A DNA stretch of 64,000 bases, taken from positions 26,848,001 to 26,912,000 of the forward strand of contig NC_086108.1 of the NCBI RefSeq assembly GCF_963921235.1. The letters run 5' to 3'. The notes under the pieces were generated by a model, which did no database searches, was not told the DNA's origin, and saw nothing but the letters and a program-made list of their open reading frames with translations. Shown here one piece after another: positions 56,911 to 64,000 of this stretch. Source of the stretch: Mobula hypostoma (Eukaryota). Each line of letters starts with the position of its first letter. The stretch's first letter is position 1. A program made the translations under genes and the position numbers.

Positions 56911-58949
56911 TGGTCTCCAGTGGTACTGCCAATGGACAAGTGATGTGAAATAATCACCCTTATCTAACTGATTCATGCATAACTATCCATCACTACCTAA
57001 AATGTCAGAGAATAAGCATCTCATCCTAGATCCTGAGGGTCTGCCTAAGAAGCAGACATTTAAGATAGTAATTAAATTTTGAACAACTAATGGAATTGGA
57101 ATGTTCTGCCATGTGAATGAAAATATCTTTCATCAAAATATAATATATTATCACAAAATAATAAGGAATTTATTTCCAAATTATATATAATGGAATGAAC
57201 AATATTTAATCTAAGCATTATTTAATGCTACATTACACTTTGCATGGAAATAGTGCTGTGTAATTCTATCTAATCCTATGCAACACTGACTGTGTTGTAT
57301 TAATTCATATTGTGGAACACTGCTTGATCCGATGAGAGCACATGTAATATCACATAAAGCTTTAATACTATTTAATAAGATATAACTATTTAACGCAGTG
57401 TAGCTATTTAACAGTATAAGTAGATCCTCAGCCTGAGGTGCATCTGTCATTTATTTAAAAGGATGCAAGCTTTTTTATGGTGATGCAAGATTTAAAAAAA
57501 AATGTTTCATTTTGCCTGTTCTAAAATCAGCAGTTAGCAATAACCACTTAGTTTAGAAGTTACTGCTGAATCCCCGAGAAAACAATGTTGTGCAGTTGAA
57601 AATTGGCTTTCGGCGCTATACTGCACCAGTTTCTGAGTGAATTAGTGAATTACTTGGGATACTTAACTCTTTTTTCTGCAGGTGAATCATTTCCTCTCAC
57701 AGGAGTAGATTCCTCCAAATGATGTTAACTATAGTACAATTTCATAAGTTTGATTATCAACTTCACTACTGTGAGAAACAAAAGCTCTGACTTGCTTACA
57801 GAGCAACCAGATTTTACTGAGCCAATATCCTTGAAACCACACATTAAATAGTTTTTCACCTTCATATTTCATTCTTTATAATTACTGAAATCTGTGTCCT
57901 ACTGGAAACAAAGCCACATGGATGGAGATCCTGAAGGTCAATGTTGTGGTCACTCTCGAGTTTTCCAGGTGGCTGCTGATCTTTGCCATATCACACTGTT
58001 TGCTGTTCATTGCCCAGTCATTGGGTGCATTTAAGCAGAGATTGATAAGTTACTGGTTGATAAGGGGGTTGGGGGTTTAAAGATTATTGGGAGAAGGCAG
58101 GGGAATATAGTTAAAAAATAGCTGCCATAACTGAATGGTAGATCAACTCAATAGGCTTAATGGCCCAATTCTGCTCCTTTATCTTATGGTTTTACAGTCA
58201 CTGCTATATAATTCCATAATCAAAGAAAGGGGACGCAATCTTAATTTTTATTATTCATCTTGCAGATACAGCCAGAGCAGACAAGTGCATTGGGTTACAT
58301 TGTAGGCTTCCTCAGAGTGTGGGTATGCAAAAAGCCCACTCATGTGGAATAACTCCTTGTGGGAGGGAGGGGAAGACCCTGAAAACCTCCAGCCAGAAAC
58401 GCCTATCATGGCTTACGCAGGCTCTCTATGGCCCCCTTACACAAAGTACACACCTGTTCCAGCACTGTCCTTCACCAGCCTATCTCATCACCAAAGTGCA
58501 CTCTCCCACCCCTCCCATTATTGCAGCAGCCATTGTTTAAGCAGCAACACTCCCCAGTGGCTGAAAGAGTGCTGCTGTATTTGGCTTGTCCTCGAAGAAC
58601 TACCAAAGTGAAGATAAATGCCTAGCGCTGAGAGGTCTTGCAATGGGCCAACAAAGCAACACTATCCTGAATCTGGTAAAATGTGAGATTAAGTAGGAAA
58701 ACTTAACAACATTGCTTTAAGAACCTCAACATAAATAATAATAGTGTTGTTTACGGGATTTACAAATGCAGTGATTGTGTCTCACACTAAAATATTTAAC
58801 ATCAAAAATGTAGTAATTAATTCATAGGTGTTCATATTTACATAGAAACGAATGAAGCATGGATTATGAGTAACATGAATGTCCTTCGTTCAGCATGTAA
58901 ACCTCCACAAACTATATAATACAGTATGTCCAGATAACAATCCATTGCC

Positions 58950-61900
58950 CATTCAAGATGGTGGCATGCCCAGTCACAGCAGTTATTATGGCTCCAACTA
59001 ATTGTTCACCCTTTACATCTTTCTTATGATCGCAAGAAGCTGCTGAGTACTAAAAATACCAGGTACCTCAAGTCTTCCTCACTGGTGAGTTGCTGGATAG
59101 CAGATGAGCTCTGCAGCATGGGGATAATGCATACTGTGCTGTTGCCTGCTACAGCCACACAGGGCAGACATGCTGCAGGCTGTGCACTAGGAGACAGAAG
59201 CACGGAAAACATACTGGTATTAGTGTGATACTAAAGGTGAAGCCAGTTCTCCTGTCAATTCTGCTTTTAAATGTTCGATCGCAAGAAAATAAACTGCATT
59301 ACCTGCTTCTGAGACTGAACCAGCTTGGGAGGAAGGAGAGCTGTGTGCTCATCCTGATAGAAACGTGGTTCCAGGATACCATCCCTGAAGCAGCCATCCA
59401 GCAAGAGGATTTCATCTCGGCCCATCAGCATTCTTGTGATCTCTGGCAAGAGCTGCAGTGGAGCTGTATGTATCTACATTAATAAGAACTGGTGTGTGAA
59501 CGCTTCAGTGGTGACAGCCCACTATTCTTTTTGGTGGAGTCCTTAGTGGTGTAGTGCAGGCCCTTCTATTTACCAAAGGAGTTCACTGCTATTGTGATTG
59601 TGACTATATACATTTCCACCTGTGCTAATGCTGGGGAAGTGCTGTGTGAGATCTATGATAGCATCAGTGACGTGCTAACCACACATCCCAATGTTTTCAT
59701 TATTGTTGTTAGTAACTTCAACCATGCTAACTTTAAAGCAGCCTTGCCTAAATTCTATCAGCAACTTTGCCACCAGAGGCTGCAACACATTAGATCTGGT
59801 TTATACCAACATCCCTGATACATAGAAAGCAGCTCCCTGCCCTCCTCTCGGATTCTCTGACTACTTATCTACACACAGACCACTGATTAAACTAGTGAAA
59901 CTAATGCAAAGACCTGGCCAAAAAGACCAACATCAGCAATGTGGGACTGTTTTGAAAACACTGACTGAGCATGCTCAGTAGGCAGCTACCTATAACCATC
60001 ACATTAAAATCAATAATTATGCGAGGTCTGTGACTGTTTACACAGAGAAAAGCATTGAGGATGTCACCATTATTATGCACATCTATGTGCGGGGAAATCA
60101 AAAGCCACGTTGACAGCAGAGGTCTGAGCACAGCTGAGAGATTGGGATGCTGCCTTCAGATTGGAGGATAAGACCACTCTCGGTTCAGCAAGAGTTGGTG
60201 CTTTCCTACACCATCAGAAAGGTAAAACATGATTGTTCACAGAGAATATACACCATTTCTGTAACATGAAGTGTATGTGGCAGGGCATTCAGACAACAAT
60301 GGACTATAAATCCAGCCTATGAGTCAAAGGCATTGATGCTGCTCTTCCTGATAGGCTGAATGCCTTTTATGCTCAGTTTGTTAGTGATGTGCTAGTGAAG
60401 AAGGCTCTCCTTCCCCCCCCAAGGAGCAGGATCTCTGTCTGGCTGCAGCCAATGTGAGGAAGACCCTCGCAATGTAACCCATGCAAACCTGTGGGGCCTA
60501 ATAACGTACCGGGTTAGATGCTGAGGAACTGTGCAGCCCAGTTAATAGAGATTTTAACAGGCATCTTCAACATCCCTCTGGAACTGTCCACTTTTCCCTT
60601 AGGCTTCAAGGCAGCCAACACCATCCCGGTGCCCAAGAAGGCAACAGTGACATGCCTCAACAACTACTGTCCAGCAGCACTGACATCAACAATAATAAAG
60701 TGGTTTGAGTGGTGGTTATAGATCGTATTAAATCCCATTTCCTGCTACATTGGACCCTTTTCAGTTTACTTATCGCTCAAATTGGTTTACTGATGATGTG
60801 ATAGCCTCTGCACACCACTCCATTCTGTTCCACCTGCAAATTGGTGCCTCATACACCAGAATGCTGTTTATTGATTTCAGGTATTTAATATGATCATCGC
60901 TCAAAGATTGGTGGGGAAACTGTCCTTTTCAGGTGTCAGCAACTCTCTCTGTAACTGGATCCTGGACTTCTTGACAGAAAGGCTAGCAGTCAGTCCATGT
61001 TGGTGGAAACAGCTCTAGCTCCAGCACGCTGAACACTGGTGCTCCCCAGGGCTGTATGCTCAGCCTGCTGTGGACACATGACTGCACTGCCAGATTCATT
61101 TCAATCCCAATCATCAAGTTCGCTAATGACGCAACAGTGGTTGACCTCATCTATGATGCCACTGAGATGGTGTGCAGAAAGGAGGTAGAGAGCTGGTGTG
61201 AGCACAGCTTGAGCCTCAACATGGCCAAGACCAAAGAGACGATTGTGGACTTCAGGACAGTACAGTCTCTTCACACAGACGGCTCCATCACGGAGGGAGT
61301 TAGGATCACCCAGTTTCTGGGAGTGCTCATAATGAACGCTCTCGCCTGGTCCCTCAACACCACCTCTTTGGTCAAAAAAGCACGGGAGTGTCTCCACTTC
61401 CTGAGAAGATTGAGGTAAATGATGCTTCCTCCCTCAACCCTCAGTCTACGCATCTACAGGAGCACCATTGAGAGTGCCTTGTCTAGCTGCATCACAGTCT
61501 GTCATGGGAATTGTAAAGCATCTGACTGCACGTCCCTACAAAGAGTTGCTGTCAGGATCATTGGGGTCTTTCTTCAACCCATTAGAGATATTTATCAGGA
61601 ACCTTGCATACACAGAACCTATGGCATAGTCAGTGATCCATCCATCCAAAAATCTCTTTGACCTCCTACTATTAGGCAGAAAGTACCAAAGCATTAGGAC
61701 AAGAACTGTAGGAATGGAAAACAGCTTCTTCCCCCAGGCCATAAGACTACAGAACTCCTTACCTTTATCCAGGTCTCATCACGCGTGAAACAACAGTAGT
61801 GATATACTGTTGACTTTTTAACTCGCGTCATAAATGCACTTTATTATTTCTTACTTTATTTGTAATAATATTACTTTGTGTTTGTGTGTGAGTTATAAGC

Positions 61901-61988
61901 ACCTTTGTCTGGAGGAACATTGTTTTATTTGTCAGTACACATGTGTACACTTGAATGACAATTAATTGAGCCTGACCTTGATCTTGAA
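58950..61988 (+). mobile_element. Near full-length (~3 kb) decayed Rex1/Babar LINE (single EN-RT ORF)
   Basis: 5' AAGATGGTGGC (58955); EN LSILLLNVRSQENK...LILIETWF; IVVSNFNHANFKAALPKFYQ; RT LRNCAAQL...PVPKKATVTCLNNYCPAALTS; GAPQGCML; IIKFANDATVV; YRSTIESALSSCITV. Confidence 0.9.
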
Positions 61989-62499
61989 TAAATAATTGGC
62001 TGGTAATGCTAATTATAAAACAGTATCAGTGGAGCTATTCTTATTATCAGGACAATTCAAGCTGTCAGAACATAAGTTGATAGTTTTTTGTTCGGCATTA
62101 AGAGGAGAAAAGATGTGATTTACTAGGAGAGCACACTGAAATGTTTGAAGGTAGTAGGTAATGGAAGCATTTCAAGAAATAATGCATGTGCAGCACAAAG
62201 TATTCTTCAAAGCACAAACACCCAACAGGAATTGTGATTCATCTGAGGCTGCCAAAAAAAAATGTAGACAGCATTAAATACGAGGAAGGGACACAAGAAA
62301 TGGCTGTAAGTAGCAAGAGGCCCGAGGATCAGTAATTTTAGAATTCAGCAAAGGAAGAACAAGAGTTTGACGTGATAAATTTGCTCCCACATCCTACACT
62401 CATGCAAGTTGGTGGGTTAATCGGCCCTAGTATATAGGTGAGGGGACAGTAAGCATGAGATTAATGGAATATGAGTGGATGTTTGACAACAGAAACATT

Positions 62500-63775
62500 T
62501 ATAATGGGCATGTGACAGAGGAATTGAAAAAATAATCACATGTGTGTTCACAGAAGAGACACACAAGACTAGTCACATATATAAGAGAGTTAAGGGTCAA
62601 ATGACAATAAGAAACATAATTACATATTCGTCAAAAAACAGCACTAGAAAACTTAGCGATCTTGAAAGCTGATAAATCCCAGGACCCAATGATCTACATT
62701 GTGGAACTTTGAAAGACTTGGTGTTAAATATACAGTAGTCAACATACAAGTTTTATCTTCCACAATTCTGTAGGTTGTTGAATTGTTTGGTAACAAATCT
62801 GGATTGGATGGTAACAAACCTGACCCCACTACTTAAGAAATGATGGAGATAAAATAGGGAACTATTGACCTTTTTATCTTAACCTCAATGGTAGGGAAAA
62901 TGCTGCAATCTGTAATAAAGGATACAATGAAGAAAATTAGAATTGAGCAGGGTAACATGGATTTTGAAATTGAGGTAGATTAGTCTGTTGGAGTTATTAG
63001 AGCACATGATTCAAGGAATGAACAGTGGAAAACCAGTGGAAGAAGTGTATTTAAAATTTTAGGAGGATATTGTTAAGGTCCTCCACAGGACCTTTGTTAA
63101 CAAGATCTGAGCAAATGACATTGGGAAAAATATACCGACATGGACTAGAAATTTGGTTTTGGACATAAACCTAGAAATGGGAATGAACAGGTCCTTCTCA
63201 AGTTGGCAGTGAATTGGCTAGTGTGTTGGCATAGTGATTGGTGATTGCGCCTAGGATTCTGCAACTACATCAATCATTTTGCTGAGGAGTTCCATGTTTG
63301 CTGATGGACTATAGTGATGTAGTTTGATGTGGATTGGGAGGAGGATGTAGGATGCTTTTAAGAGACTCCTGGACAGGTATATGGAGCTCAGAAAAATAGC
63401 CTATGGGTAACCATAGGTAATTTCTCAGGTAAGGACATACTCGACACAGCTCTGTGGGCCGAAGGGTCTGTAATGTGCTGTAGGTTTTCTATGTTTCTAA
63501 GATATGGACAATCTAGGGGAAGTGGGTGAAAATACAGGAGGTGGAATACAACATACATAAATATGAGTTTATCTACAGTGCACACAGTAGATACGTTGGT
63601 TAGTGAAAGATGGTTTACTTGGATACAAGTTATTGAAGGCCAGCATGAAAGTGCAGCAAGCAATTAGAGGAACAAATGCTATGTTAGCTTTTACTGAAAA
63701 AGCATGTGATACATAAGTAAAGAAGCCTTACTGCGACTGTTGAAGAACTTATTAAGAATAAGCCTGGGGTGCCGC
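62500..63775 (+). mobile_element. Very old CR1 ORF2 fragment with a young CR1 3' tail nested at ~63350-63500
   Basis: AAAGCTGATAAATCCCAGGACCCAATGAT (K.DKS.GP), GTAGGGAAAATGCTG, TTTGCTGATG (FAD). The nested tail is homologous to 34050-34210. Confidence 0.65.
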
Positions 63776-63781
63776 ATAACT

Positions 63782-64000
63782 TTTTATTTATTTATTCATT
63801 AATTGAGGTACAACACAGAATAGGCCCTCCTGGCCCTCTGAGCTGCACCTCCCAGCAATCTCCCAATTGAATCATAGCCTGATCATGGGACAATTTACAA
63901 TGGTCAATTAATCTACCAGCTGTACATCTCCGGACTATGGGAGGAAACCTGAGCACTCAGAGGAAGCCCATGTGGTCACGGGAAGAATGTACAAACTCCT
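63782..64000 (-). mobile_element. V-SINE, cut by the window end
   Basis: Homologous to 55694-55930 (GGACTATGGGAGGAAACCTGAGCAC...GAATGTACAAACTCCT). Confidence 0.8.

Noticed and set aside
57365..57415. Three CTATTTAA motifs at ~19-bp spacing
   Set aside because: AT-rich context and no full match to a known site such as MEF2, so it is likely chance or slippage.

Overview
This window is eukaryotic, not prokaryotic. It is repeat-dense vertebrate intergenic or intronic DNA. The repeat mix (CR1 and Rex1/Babar LINEs, V-SINEs, Penelope-like elements) points to a cartilaginous fish, probably a ray; this is an inference. I can support no intact host gene, rRNA, tRNA, CRISPR array or operon. Nearly all ORFs in the track are decayed transposon fragments or antisense/shadow frames. 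Main contents: (1) a full-length but decayed Gypsy provirus with PNMA-like gag, 3513-10414, with two LTRs, a TACT target-site duplication (TSD) and a tRNA-Pro-like primer-binding site (PBS); (2) a non-autonomous sushi-type LTR element, 14702-17545, made of two ~1.33-kb LTRs around only 185 bp, with a self-priming signature; (3) a truncated Mag-like Gypsy element; (4) several Penelope-like elements (PLEs) carrying minimal hammerhead-ribozyme motifs, one intact at 33684-33719, plus small palindromic PLE-end insertions; (5) an internally deleted hAT transposon with a perfect 8-bp TSD; (6) a Tc1 remnant and a ~72-bp Tc1-type mini-MITE in three copies; (7) many nested CR1, Rex1/Babar and RTE LINE pieces, SINEs and microsatellites. 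Family names come from motif recognition by eye, not database searches. Boundaries of old, degraded copies are approximate.
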